Shown here: positions 1 through 9,514 of the stretch, one piece after another
Numbering within the stretch: position 1 is the stretch's first letter
How the letters are laid out: each line of letters opens with the position of its first letter
NCBI GenBank assembly: GCA_041641295.1
Contig: JBEPYO010000001.1
Location: 1,216,001 to 1,280,000 of the forward strand
Length of the DNA: 64,000 nucleotides
Direction: 5' to 3'
From: Nitrososphaerota archaeon
Lineage (GTDB): Archaea; Thermoproteota; Nitrososphaeria_A; Caldarchaeales; Calditenuaceae
Program-made: the position numbers and the translations under genes
Notes under the pieces: generated by a model
Told to the model about the DNA's origin: nothing
What the model saw: only the letters and a program-made list of their open reading frames with translations
Database searches by the model: none

Positions 1-1
1 G

Positions 2-838
2 CCTATCATCTACTCCCCCACATATGATGTCGGCGGCGCAGTTGATATTGGTGAGTCTGAACTCCTGAGAGGGTCGCGTAGTTTTGCCGTAAGGGCTGTG
101 AGGCTTGGAAGCGTTGACTGTGATAGAGTTGCCATAGAGAGGTGGCTTGGGGGCGTGGTGCTGTCGAGCTACCCCAACCTCAAGGTGGACTTATCCTCGC
201 CTGACATCGTTATTCAAGCATACATCACGGAGAGCGGCATCTACGCGGGGCCTCTCCTCTCACGTCTAAAATACAGCAAATTAGAAGCTAGGCGCCCTAA
301 GATGAGGCCTTTCCGCCACCCCTCAGCACTTATGCCGAGACTTGCAAGATGCATGGTCAACCTCACTAGGGTTAGGCCGCCTGGATGGATAGTCGACCCC
401 TTCGCAGGTACTGGCTCAATTCCTATGGAGGCGGCTGATATGGGGTATAGGGTCCTTGCGATTGAGCTGAAAAGATGGATTGCGCGCGGATGCCTCGCGA
501 ACTTGAAGTGGAGTGGATATGCCGAGAGGGTTGAGCTGATATGCGGTGATGCTACAGCCCCTCCGCTGAGGGGGAGGTTCCAAGGAGTCGCAACCGACCC
601 ACCCTATGGCCGCTCGACACAATTAAGCGACAGAAACATTGAGAGGTTGTATCTCAGTGCATTCTCATCGATTGCAGAACTGCTTGAGCCTGGATGCAGA
701 ATTGTCACTGCGATTCCGCAGCAGCGGGTTAATCCATCATTGCTCGAGGAGATTGGTTTCCGCCTCCTAGAGCAGCACCCCATCAGGATTCATTCGAGCC
801 TGACAAGGGTGGTTTGTGTCTATGCGCTGGGGTCTTGA
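2..838 (+). CDS. tRNA (guanine-N2)-methyltransferase Trm11/TrmG10 family, THUMP + SAM MTase (5'-truncated by window edge)
   Basis: Frame is open from position 2 (THUMP-like SFAVRA). Motifs RPFRHPSALMPRLAR, DPFAGTGS and ATDPPYGRS. Confidence 0.85.
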   Translation, partial: PIIYSPTYDVGGAVDIGESELLRGSRSFAVRAVRLGSVDCDRVAIERWLGGVVLSSYPNLKVDLSSPDIVIQAYITESGIYAGPLLSRLKYSKLEARRPKMRPFRHPSALMPRLARCMVNLTRVRPPGWIVDPFAGTGSIPMEAADMGYRVLAIELKRWIARGCLANLKWSGYAERVELICGDATAPPLRGRFQGVATDPPYGRSTQLSDRNIERLYLSAFSSIAELLEPGCRIVTAIPQQRVNPSLLEEIGFRLLEQHPIRIHSSLTRVVCVYALGS

Positions 839-1010
839 ATTGTTCGTCGTCATTTAGCTAATCTAATGCCATGGCAAACATACGTAGTGGTTAAAAGTCG
901 TTCGTCAGAATTACACCAATTTGCCAAGTTAGATGTTAATATAACGTTTACGCGGCTCAAATCATGTAAGAATGCTTATTAATGAGAGTTCACATTCTAA
1001 TAGGTAACTT

Positions 1011-2012
1011 ATGGAGACCGAAGTCAGTGTAGAACTTCAGAGACTCGCAGAGATCCTGCGGCAGAGTTGGAAAATGGTGAGGACGCCGCGGATGAGGGCC
1101 ATACTCAAGGTCCAAGATGTCGCGTGTGACGCCATGCGCAGTTTCTTGAAGTCTGAGGGCTTCATCGAGCTACTCCCACCCATAATCGGCCCAGTCACAG
1201 ACCCGGGTATCAGGGGTGCGAAGCAGGCGACTATCGACTATTATGGCAGGGAGTACAAAGTGATGAGCAGTGCGATCCTGTATAAGCAGGCGGCGATGAG
1301 CGGCCTTGGCAAGATCTTCTTTATGTCACCCAACGTGAGGCTGGAGCCTATTGACTCAGCCCTCACAGGAAGGCATCTGGTGGAGTTTGTGCAGCTCGAC
1401 CTAGAGATGGCGGAGGCAAGCTACTTTGATGCCATGGCCGTGGCTGAGCGTCTCCTATCCGAGGCAGTCAACACTGTGCGTGATACTTGCCAAAAGGAGT
1501 TGGAGCTGCTGGGCCGGCAGCTACCGGCAATTAAGCCACCCTTCAAGAAGCTCACATACGACGAGACCCTAGAATATCTGAGGGTTAGGGGAATTAAGGT
1601 ACGGTATGGTGTTGAGATTCCGTGGGATGCGGAGCAGCTCATATCAAAAATGATTGGTGAGCCCTTTTTCATAATAGATTATCCGAGAGGTGCTCGCGGC
1701 TTCTATGATATGGAGGATGAGAGGCGACCTGGGATACTCCGGGACTTCGACCTGATATATCCTGAAGGGTATGGCGAATGCGCCTCTGGCGCCGAGAGGG
1801 AGTATCGATACGAGAAGGTGTTGGCGAGGATGAAGGAGACCGGTGAGGACCCGAGGAAGTATGCGTGGTATCTTGAAATGCTTAAGGAGGGTATTCCTCC
1901 CAGTGCCGGGTTCGGTATAGGCGTGGAGAGGCTTACGCGCTATCTGTGTGGGCTGGACGCTGTTTGGGAGGCGAGGCTCTGCCCAAAGCTAGCCGGAATA
2001 TATTCTCCATAG
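1011..2012 (+). CDS. asnA: Archaeal asparagine synthetase A (AsnRS catalytic-domain paralog without anticodon domain)
   Basis: Class II aaRS motifs (SPNVRLE, RHLVEFVQLDLE, SAGFGIGVERL). 333 aa with no N-terminal OB fold. Confidence 0.85.
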   Translation: METEVSVELQRLAEILRQSWKMVRTPRMRAILKVQDVACDAMRSFLKSEGFIELLPPIIGPVTDPGIRGAKQATIDYYGREYKVMSSAILYKQAAMSGLGKIFFMSPNVRLEPIDSALTGRHLVEFVQLDLEMAEASYFDAMAVAERLLSEAVNTVRDTCQKELELLGRQLPAIKPPFKKLTYDETLEYLRVRGIKVRYGVEIPWDAEQLISKMIGEPFFIIDYPRGARGFYDMEDERRPGILRDFDLIYPEGYGECASGAEREYRYEKVLARMKETGEDPRKYAWYLEMLKEGIPPSAGFGIGVERLTRYLCGLDAVWEARLCPKLAGIYSP

Positions 2013-2038
2013 TGTGAAGCAGGGCGGTACGCCTCAAC

Positions 2039-3412
2039 GTGAGCCTCTCAAAACCCTTCCTGAACATCTTCCTCGCCCTTCACAGGTTCTACTCGCTATT
2101 CACAGATCTCGCTGAAATATGGGGGAGTTATCCATTCAGAGAGATTATTGAGCGCGCCCGTAAAGGCGTTGATGCAATATATCCTGCAGACGTCTTAAAG
2201 CCCTCGATAATGCTACTCAAAGGCGCCAACATATACAAGCAACCAACACGCTATGCCACTCTCGATGAACTACTTCTACTCCCACCAGCATTTACTCCCC
2301 TAAGGCTCAAAAAAATGTCCGAGCTTTTGCGTGAACCTATCTTCAGTGATGTGGATTTGAGGCATAACTTGGGCGGCTTCAATGTAAACATGCCTGTGAT
2401 GGTGGCGTCTATGGGCTCCGTACAGGTTGCGAATAAGATATCCCTAGAGGTTGCGCGTGGTGCTGCGCGTATGGGTATCCCGATGGGGATAGGTGAGAAT
2501 GTGGCAACCATGTGGGGGTATTCGAGGAGGATTAGAAGTGGCCAGCCGTGCTTTAAGGAGAGGGTTATGACGTATCTCGAGAACTTGGACGGTAATGTTG
2601 GTGGATTAACCATTCAGCAGAGCGTAGAAGACGCCTACAACGAGCTGTGGAACAAGGTCTACTCAGACCCCGACATCGAGCCATTCATCGAGAAAGGACT
2701 TATCGGGTTTGAGATTAAGATAGGCCAGGGCTCTAAGCCCGGGCTCGGAGGCGAGGTGAGGCTCTCGAGGGAGGAGGCTGAGCGCCTCAGGGACAAGTAC
2801 CATCTATCAGAGGATCCACAGAATACTCTTAGAGACAGCATTGAGAGACACTCGGCGCCAGGGACGTTCGTGCCCGAGATACTTCGGGGCATGATCCGGA
2901 TGATGAGGAACAACTACCCCAGGTGTAGGGTCTGGGTGAAGCTGGGCCCATTCAGGGACTTGCCCGAGGTTCTTGATGTCTTGACTTCAGAGGGTGTGGA
3001 CGCTGTATGGATCGACGGAAGGGAGGGTGGGACTGGTATGAGCCCCTACGCCTCTATGAGGCATCTCGGCCTACCCCTCATTGCAGCATTATGCAGCATA
3101 TCGAGACAGCTCGAGTCGAGGACCGGCTCGACTTCGTTTATTGTCTCGGGGAGACTCTACGACGGTGGCCATCTCGTAAAGTGCCTATGCCTCGGCCTCG
3201 ATGGTGTTGCCTTTGGTCGTCCGATCGCAGTTTCAGCATGGGTTGCGGGTGCCCGAGGCGTAGAAAACTATCTCAGAACCGTGGAGCTGGAGGCCAAGAT
3301 GCTTATCTCCGCATTAGGAAAATACCGCGTGCAGGACTTGTCTCGCGAGGATCTGGGGTGTCTGGATAGGGATATTGCTGAAAGGCTTGGTGTGAGATAC
3401 GTTTACGCGTGA
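2039..3412 (+). CDS. FMN-binding glutamate synthase-family protein (GltB domain 2-like, no Fe-S cysteine loop)
   Basis: EIKIGQGSKPGLGG, IDGREGGTG, SGRLYDGGHLVKCLCLG; begins 26 nt after asnA. Confidence 0.8.
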   Translation: MSLSKPFLNIFLALHRFYSLFTDLAEIWGSYPFREIIERARKGVDAIYPADVLKPSIMLLKGANIYKQPTRYATLDELLLLPPAFTPLRLKKMSELLREPIFSDVDLRHNLGGFNVNMPVMVASMGSVQVANKISLEVARGAARMGIPMGIGENVATMWGYSRRIRSGQPCFKERVMTYLENLDGNVGGLTIQQSVEDAYNELWNKVYSDPDIEPFIEKGLIGFEIKIGQGSKPGLGGEVRLSREEAERLRDKYHLSEDPQNTLRDSIERHSAPGTFVPEILRGMIRMMRNNYPRCRVWVKLGPFRDLPEVLDVLTSEGVDAVWIDGREGGTGMSPYASMRHLGLPLIAALCSISRQLESRTGSTSFIVSGRLYDGGHLVKCLCLGLDGVAFGRPIAVSAWVAGARGVENYLRTVELEAKMLISALGKYRVQDLSREDLGCLDRDIAERLGVRYVYA

Positions 3413-3466
3413 GCCTAGGTGAGGGCTATAACCTCCCACCCGGGAGGCTAGTCTTGTGGCTCGGCG

Positions 3467-4387
3467 ATGACTCAGATGCTAGTATGCTTCTTGGGTACCA
3501 GCGGTGGCATGCCCACGCCACACAGGGCTCTACCAAGCGTGGCTGTGAGGTTTGCCGGCTCTCTTCTGGTCTTTGACTGCGGAGAATCGACACAGAGGCA
3601 GCTCCTCGCCTCAGGCCTAGGGCTGCCAAGGGAGCTCAGGATTTTCATTACGCACAGACACGCCGACCACCTCCTAGGGGTGCCAGGCGTCCTATACACA
3701 CTCAGCATGATGGGGCGGGAAGACCCAGTGGCCATCTTCGGGCCCAAATCCGCCTGCGAAGTCGTTAGAAACCTGTTAGAAGCCCTCGAGACAGAGGTCG
3801 GATTCGATGTGGAAATCAATGCCGTAGGGCCAGGCCTCGTATACCAGGGGAGAGGGTTTAAGGTTGAGGCCATCGAGGCGGTTCACTCAGCCGAGGCGAT
3901 ATGCTACAGACTTCTGGAGGACGACCGACCTGGAAGGATGAGGGTCGAGTATCTGGAGAGTCTCGGCCTACCTAGGGGGCCGCTCTGGGGTAGGCTCCAG
4001 AGAGGGGAGCCTGTAGAGTATCAGGGAAGGGTGATTAGGCCGGAGGAAGCGGTAGACCCGCCGAGAAGGGGGAGAAAAATTGTATACACAGGAGACACAA
4101 GATACTCGGAGAAGATTGTAGAGTTCGCACAGCGGGCTGACCTACTTATACACGACGCCACCTTCGACCAGAGTCTCTCAGACCGCGCCGTGGAGGAGGG
4201 TCACAGCACCGCCTCCGAGGCCGCTACCGCCGCCCTACACGCACAAGCCCGCACACTAGCCCTATTCCACATAAGCCCCAGATACCACGGCAAGGAGGAG
4301 ATACTCTTGAACGAGGCGAGGAAAATCTTTCCAAACACAATCCTACCAAGCGACTTAGAGAAGGTGGAGATCCATTACCCGGAGTGA
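3467..4387 (+). CDS. rnz: Ribonuclease Z
   Basis: FLGTSGGMPT, DCGE, THRHADH, GP exosite (GLPRGPLWGRLQRG), YTGDT, HDATF, HISPRY. Confidence 0.95.
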   Translation: MTQMLVCFLGTSGGMPTPHRALPSVAVRFAGSLLVFDCGESTQRQLLASGLGLPRELRIFITHRHADHLLGVPGVLYTLSMMGREDPVAIFGPKSACEVVRNLLEALETEVGFDVEINAVGPGLVYQGRGFKVEAIEAVHSAEAICYRLLEDDRPGRMRVEYLESLGLPRGPLWGRLQRGEPVEYQGRVIRPEEAVDPPRRGRKIVYTGDTRYSEKIVEFAQRADLLIHDATFDQSLSDRAVEEGHSTASEAATAALHAQARTLALFHISPRYHGKEEILLNEARKIFPNTILPSDLEKVEIHYPE

Positions 4388-4839
4388 TGCCGCAGCGTGT
4401 ATACCTGTGGAGGCCACTCGGACAGGTCTATCCACCCCGTCAAGACATCATCCAGCGGTAAACTCTTAACCGCTTCAGGCTCCTTCCCATCAATCTTCCG
4501 GCGAAGCCTGTAGTCGCTGCCGACGATAAACTCGTCCTCACCGGGGTGTGGTGTCTCGACCCTAACCTCGTCTCCGGGCTTCACAGCGACAGCCGTTACA
4601 TCTGGGGGTATGGCCCCAGACCCCCTCCAGAATACGACAACCCATCTAGCGTCGCCGGGCTCTAGAAGCTCTAGGAGACCTTCTGTTGATGTCAATGTCC
4701 CAGGCCCCCTGAGCCCAACCTTCGTCGCCCCGCACCTTCTACACCTCCACGCCTCCACAATCTTCACCACCTCCTCACCCTGCGTAACAGTCAAAGCCCC
4801 CGCGTACTTCAGGTCGTGGATGCATCCGCTGGCTGACAC
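4375..4839 (-). CDS. Hypothetical protein with putative Zn site (CxH...CxxC)
   Basis: 154 aa ORF co-oriented 12 nt downstream of the MBL hydrolase; CIH and CRRC motifs. Confidence 0.65.
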   Translation of the reverse strand: MSASGCIHDLKYAGALTVTQGEEVVKIVEAWRCRRCGATKVGLRGPGTLTSTEGLLELLEPGDARWVVVFWRGSGAIPPDVTAVAVKPGDEVRVETPHPGEDEFIVGSDYRLRRKIDGKEPEAVKSLPLDDVLTGWIDLSEWPPQVYTLRHHSG

Positions 4840-4851
4840 TTATAGACCACC

Positions 4852-5520
4852 CTACTCTTCGGGTTCCAGTATCTCGACCCTGCACTTAGCCATTTTCTTA
4901 AACTCTTCTGCCTCCCTTCGCGAGCCTACTATCGCGCCGTAATGCATTGGGATTGCGACCTCAGGCATTATGGTGTTTGCAGCCTCTGCGGCCTCTGCGG
5001 CCGTCATGACATAAACCCCGCTCACGGGCAGAAAGGCTACATCAATCTTCCCCAACCCCTTCATCTCGGGGATAAAGTCGGTGTCGCCCGGGTGGTAAAC
5101 CCTGACACCAGCAATCTCGACAACGTATCCCACACCACCATACTCCTTCGGATGATAAACGACGCCAGGCGACCTGAACTTGTTCACATTATAGGCTGGG
5201 ACAACCATGTATCTGAGGTCTCCAACCTCTCCTCGGTCTCCTGCCGTAACAAACACTTTAGATTTGCATTGGACGTTCCCAAGCCCAGCCATACAGTTTT
5301 TCGCAGCCACGACAGTTGTTTTTTCAGGAGACGCGACTTTTGCAAGATCGTTGGCTGAGAGGTGGTCGAAATGCTCGTGCGAAATGAATACAACATCAGC
5401 CGCCCTCTTGGTCTTGGTCTTGAGCTGGTAGGGGTCGAATACTACCTCAAATCCGCCCCGGCGGATGCTGAAGCCCGCGTGGCCAAGCCATCTTATCTCA
5501 AGCCCCTTGTATGCCAGCAT
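4852..5520 (-). CDS. MBL-fold metallo-hydrolase (UlaG/UPF0173-like)
   Basis: WLGHA, DPY, SHEHFDH, YHPGDT, IPMHYG. Confidence 0.9.
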   Translation of the reverse strand: MLAYKGLEIRWLGHAGFSIRRGGFEVVFDPYQLKTKTKRAADVVFISHEHFDHLSANDLAKVASPEKTTVVAAKNCMAGLGNVQCKSKVFVTAGDRGEVGDLRYMVVPAYNVNKFRSPGVVYHPKEYGGVGYVVEIAGVRVYHPGDTDFIPEMKGLGKIDVAFLPVSGVYVMTAAEAAEAANTIMPEVAIPMHYGAIVGSRREAEEFKKMAKCRVEILEPEE

Positions 5521-5641
5521 CGAGATAACTAGCCGTGCATTCCCATATATATCAATAGCCCAGCAGCCGCTCGAGCGTTAAATCTAGGAGACCAAGCCCA
5601 GACTCAACTTAAGGCAAACCTAATGAATAGGTACGAGGCCC

Positions 5642-6631
5642 TTGAGAGATGGATTGGCTCTGCAGGAGACCATACCGTGGATTGAGAAGTATCGCCCCCG
5701 GAGCCTCTCCGAGATAATCAACCAGGAAGCAATCGTGAACAGTCTCAAGACAATACTATCCACACACTCTGTTCCGCATATGCTGTTTACTGGGCCACCT
5801 GGTGTAGGAAAGACGGCGACAGCCCACGCATTTGCCAGCGACCTCTACGGCAGCAGATACATTGAAGACGGCCACTTCCTAGAGATTAATGCAAGCGATG
5901 AGAGGGGCATAGACGTCATTAGAGAGAAGGTTAAGGGGTTCGCCAGAACCATTCCTATAGGCGGTATAGGATTCAAGATTCTTCTACTCGATGAGGCGGA
6001 CCAGCTCACATCCGACGCGCAACACGCCTTTAGAAGGGTCATGGAGCAGTTCTCAGCAACCTGCAGGTTCATCCTCGCAGCAAACTACGCCAACAGGATA
6101 ATAGAGCCCATACAGTCAAGATGCGCAGTATTCAGGTTCAAGCCAATAGAGCTTGAGCATATGAGGAAGGCGGTGGAGAGGATAGCCTCCAAAGAGGGCC
6201 TAGAAGTAACTAGTAGGGCGGTTGAGGCCCTCTACGAAGTCACGGAAGGCGATCTGAGAAGATGCATCAACCTACTCCAGACAGCTTCAACCTACAGCAA
6301 GAAGATAGACGAGAACCTTGTCTTCCAGGTTGCGGGGCTTGCGTGGGGTGGTGAGGTCCGGCGGCTCTTGGAGCTGGCCGCGGCCGGCAAGATAGAGGAT
6401 GCCAGAAAACAGCTGAGACTCATACTCTATGTCAACGGAGCCTCAGAGAGGGATCTAATCGGCCAGATATATCGCGACCTATTCTATCTCTCAATCCCGG
6501 AGAAGAAGAAGCTGGAGCTGATATCACTGCTAGGTGAGGTTGACTTCCGGGTTTCACAGGGAGCTAACCCCGAGCTACAGCTCATGATGTTCTTGGCAAA
6601 CCTATACTCTGCATCCCAGGCGGGTAAGTAG
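5642..6631 (+). CDS. rfcS: Replication factor C small subunit
   Basis: PWIEKYRP, GPPGVGKT, INASDERG, LDEAD, IQSRC; no intein. Confidence 0.95.
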   Translation: MRDGLALQETIPWIEKYRPRSLSEIINQEAIVNSLKTILSTHSVPHMLFTGPPGVGKTATAHAFASDLYGSRYIEDGHFLEINASDERGIDVIREKVKGFARTIPIGGIGFKILLLDEADQLTSDAQHAFRRVMEQFSATCRFILAANYANRIIEPIQSRCAVFRFKPIELEHMRKAVERIASKEGLEVTSRAVEALYEVTEGDLRRCINLLQTASTYSKKIDENLVFQVAGLAWGGEVRRLLELAAAGKIEDARKQLRLILYVNGASERDLIGQIYRDLFYLSIPEKKKLELISLLGEVDFRVSQGANPELQLMMFLANLYSASQAGK

Positions 6632-6635
6632 TCCT

Positions 6636-7949
6636 TTGAGCCTGCCTTGGACCGAGAAGTATAGGCCGAGGCGCGTGGCCGAGGTTGTAGGCAACGAGGA
6701 GGCTAAGAAGCAGTTTGAGGAGTGGATGAGGAGCTGGGAGAAGGGTAATCCATCGACCAAGGCAGCCCTGCTGGTCGGCCCCCCAGGCACCGGCAAAACA
6801 TCTCTCGTATTAGCCTACGCGTCTGAGCATGGCTACGACGTTGTGGAGGTAAACGCGAGTGATGAGAGGAGCTCTGAGAAGCTGAAGGCGATTGTGGGAG
6901 AGTCTGCGCGTCAGACCACGCTGGGTGGGACTAGGAAGAGGATAATTCTGCTGGATGAGGTTGATGGGATTGCGGGTAGGGAGGCGGCCGGCGGCATAGC
7001 CACCCTAGCCTCGATAATAAAGTCGACGCGAACCCCCATTGTAATGGTTGCCAACGATCCTTGGAGCCCCCGGCTGGCTCCGCTGAGGGAGAGTGCCCTA
7101 ATGATAAAGTTCAACAAGCTCAGGCAGCGGGAAATAGTCTCTCACCTCAAGAGGATACTGGAGTCGGAGGGAGTCCGCATTGACGAGGGGATTGTGGCCG
7201 AGATAGCGAGGCGCAGCGAAGGGGATATGAGAAGCGCAATAAATGATGCCCAAATCCTCGTCTCGACAGGTGGTGCAGCTGAGTCACTACTAGCCACTCT
7301 TGGGCTTAGAGATAGGCAGAAGACCTCCTTCGAGGTCTTGGCAGAGATCTTCGGCTCAACTTCGGCCGCGTCGGGTAGAGCCTCGGTTCAGGGCTCAGAC
7401 ATGGAGATAGAGGACATCATTACTTGGGTGTACGACAATATCTTAAACCAGATACATAATCCGCAGGCCATTGCCGACGTCTTTAAACTGCTGGCTGATG
7501 CAGACCTGCACTACTCTAGGGTTAAAAGGCTTCAGAGGTGGGAGCTTCTACGCTACGTTGCCCCCCTGCTAGGAGCAGGCCCCGGCGTTGTGAAGCACAT
7601 GTATGGCGAGAAGGGTGTGAAGTTCGAGTTCCCCTCAACAATCAGATTCATGCAGCAGACTAGGGAACAGAGGGCCCTAATCCAGTCTGCACTAACAAAG
7701 ATAGCCGCGAAGACTAAGATGTCAAGAACTAAGGCGGCTAGCGAGATGCTGCCGTTCCTAGCGGAGATGCTCAGGAAGGGCGAGAAGGGTGTTGCGCGTT
7801 ACTTTGAGTTGTCAGACGAGGAGGTCAAGGCCTTAATCGGGCTCGGCGGCAGACAATTATCTGAGGGCGCCCCCGCTGCAAGGGCTGCACCTACAGAGGG
7901 GAGGACTACTCGCCCTCGGCAGACTCGAGGAGCGCGGAGATCTCCCTAA
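6636..7949 (+). CDS. rfcL: Replication factor C large subunit
   Basis: PWTEKYRP, GPPGTGKT, NASDER, LDEVDG, GDMRSAIND; directly follows rfcS. Confidence 0.93.
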   Translation: MSLPWTEKYRPRRVAEVVGNEEAKKQFEEWMRSWEKGNPSTKAALLVGPPGTGKTSLVLAYASEHGYDVVEVNASDERSSEKLKAIVGESARQTTLGGTRKRIILLDEVDGIAGREAAGGIATLASIIKSTRTPIVMVANDPWSPRLAPLRESALMIKFNKLRQREIVSHLKRILESEGVRIDEGIVAEIARRSEGDMRSAINDAQILVSTGGAAESLLATLGLRDRQKTSFEVLAEIFGSTSAASGRASVQGSDMEIEDIITWVYDNILNQIHNPQAIADVFKLLADADLHYSRVKRLQRWELLRYVAPLLGAGPGVVKHMYGEKGVKFEFPSTIRFMQQTREQRALIQSALTKIAAKTKMSRTKAASEMLPFLAEMLRKGEKGVARYFELSDEEVKALIGLGGRQLSEGAPAARAAPTEGRTTRPRQTRGARRSP

Positions 7950-9057
7950 CCATAATCGATGCAGGGATCCCGGGGAGTGTTATGAAGCTCTTTCGCCCAT
8001 GAGACTCTCCCTTACCTATCTTAATCCTGATCAGGCCTAGGTCCTCTAGGCGCTGCATGTGCTCCCAAAACCTCGTATAGGCTCTTGCCGGGGCCTTAAA
8101 CTCCTCACAGACGACCTTGTATGCTTGATAGAGCTCGGTAGAGGAGATGTGTGACTTGCCGCTACTTAGCAGGAGCCGGGCCGCTGCTAGGAGGAGGAAC
8201 TTCTCATGCCTGGAGACGTATGTGAGAACCTCCCTCTTGATTGATGGATATATGCTCGCAGCCGCCTTCCTGACGTGCTCGGGAACCACTCTTGTCGTAC
8301 CCTCATTCTCCGCGTATTTACCAGCCCTCCAGAGGAGTTCGACGGCATATCTGGCATCACCCCTCTCCGACGCCATTTCAACTATGAGGTTCTTGGCCTC
8401 CTCAGTCATGACACCGGGATAGAAGGCCTCCGAGCACCTATACTCCACAATATCTGATAGCTGGCGGTGGTTGTACTCCTCCAAATAAATGACGCCGGCT
8501 TGAAATACCCCCCTCACACTCTCATCCATCTCCTCGAGAATCTCGGCATTCCTGCTGATCGCTATGACCGAGATTCTAGCCTCCTTGTCAGCCTCCTCTC
8601 CCAGACGAAGGAGGGTGTAGACTCCCCGCGGGTCAGAGTGTAGAAAGCCATCAAACTCGTCCAGCCCTACGACTGCAACCATTCTCTTCCTCTCCAGAAG
8701 ATCCACCAGCTTGGCTCCAAGCTCCTCCGCGGCGAGTCCGCGCGAAGGGATCGGCGCCCCAAGCGTCTCGACTACCTTCTTGAGGATGGAGCTGAGTGTT
8801 GTGTGTATTCTGCAGTTTATGTGGATGTATCTTGCTAGATTGCTGGACTCCTCGAGCTTGCGGCCGAAGAGCTTGCTCAATGCAGTCTTTCCCGTACCCA
8901 CAGCACCTACTATCAAGACCCTAACCGAGACTGCTGGGCGCCCAGACATGTAGCTGGAGAAAAATGTCTCGAGAAGGCTGAGCTCCTTCTCCCTGTGGGG
9001 GAGTCTCGGAGGCACATACTCGGGCGATAGCTTCTCTTCACTCTTAAAAATCCTCAA
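7906..9057 (-). CDS. cdc6: Orc1/Cdc6 replication initiation protein
   Basis: LSPEYVPPRLPHRE, GAVGTGKT, INCR, LDEFD, GDARYA, C-terminal winged helix. Confidence 0.93.
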   Translation of the reverse strand: MRIFKSEEKLSPEYVPPRLPHREKELSLLETFFSSYMSGRPAVSVRVLIVGAVGTGKTALSKLFGRKLEESSNLARYIHINCRIHTTLSSILKKVVETLGAPIPSRGLAAEELGAKLVDLLERKRMVAVVGLDEFDGFLHSDPRGVYTLLRLGEEADKEARISVIAISRNAEILEEMDESVRGVFQAGVIYLEEYNHRQLSDIVEYRCSEAFYPGVMTEEAKNLIVEMASERGDARYAVELLWRAGKYAENEGTTRVVPEHVRKAAASIYPSIKREVLTYVSRHEKFLLLAAARLLLSSGKSHISSTELYQAYKVVCEEFKAPARAYTRFWEHMQRLEDLGLIRIKIGKGESHGRKSFITLPGIPASIMVREISALLESAEGE

Positions 9058-9132
9058 TCTCCAGCCAACAAGCCCATCTCAACGGAGAATATTAAAGTGT
9101 TTAAAGAGAAATAGGCTTGGTACTGGACGTAG

Positions 9133-9423
9133 CTATTTTCTTAGAGGCTTCGAGGGAAGCTTCAGAAGGCTGCCCTGACCGAGGCCCGGCGGCAACCCCG
9201 ATGAGCCCTGCTCTCCGAAGACTACCACGAGCACGTCGCCTGCGCTATCGACTATCCTCCCTCTCCATGGATTGCCATTATAATCCTCATAGACAACCTC
9301 CTCGCCGATAAAAGCAGTGAGCTGGGATGGCTCTATAGGGGAGGTGGGCGAGGCTAGTATCCTCTCCTCCTCGTCAAACCCGACCACTATTGCGTCGATC
9401 CACTCAAACTCTTCATCAGACAT
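9133..9423 (-). CDS. Small acidic hypothetical protein, L35Ae-like beta-barrel pattern
   Basis: 96 aa with a TATA-like TTTAAA upstream; FIGEEVVYED.NG..WRGRIV...G...VVVF....LP pattern. Confidence 0.65.
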   Translation of the reverse strand: MSDEEFEWIDAIVVGFDEEERILASPTSPIEPSQLTAFIGEEVVYEDYNGNPWRGRIVDSAGDVLVVVFGEQGSSGLPPGLGQGSLLKLPSKPLRK

Positions 9424-9514
9424 GCGTGGGAAAAGCTTGCCTCCCCCATTTTTAAATCTGTCCTAAACCACCACCCCCAGATACTGCTATATTCCTCTAA
9501 CAGGGTTTCTCTGG

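Noticed and set aside
866-982. Short ORF upstream of asnA as a leader peptide
   Set aside because: No Asn/Asp codon run, and it spans the likely TATA box.
9058-9132. Replication origin next to cdc6/RFC
   Set aside because: The intergenic gap is short and I found no repeated ORB-like (TCCA..GGAAA, G-string) elements.
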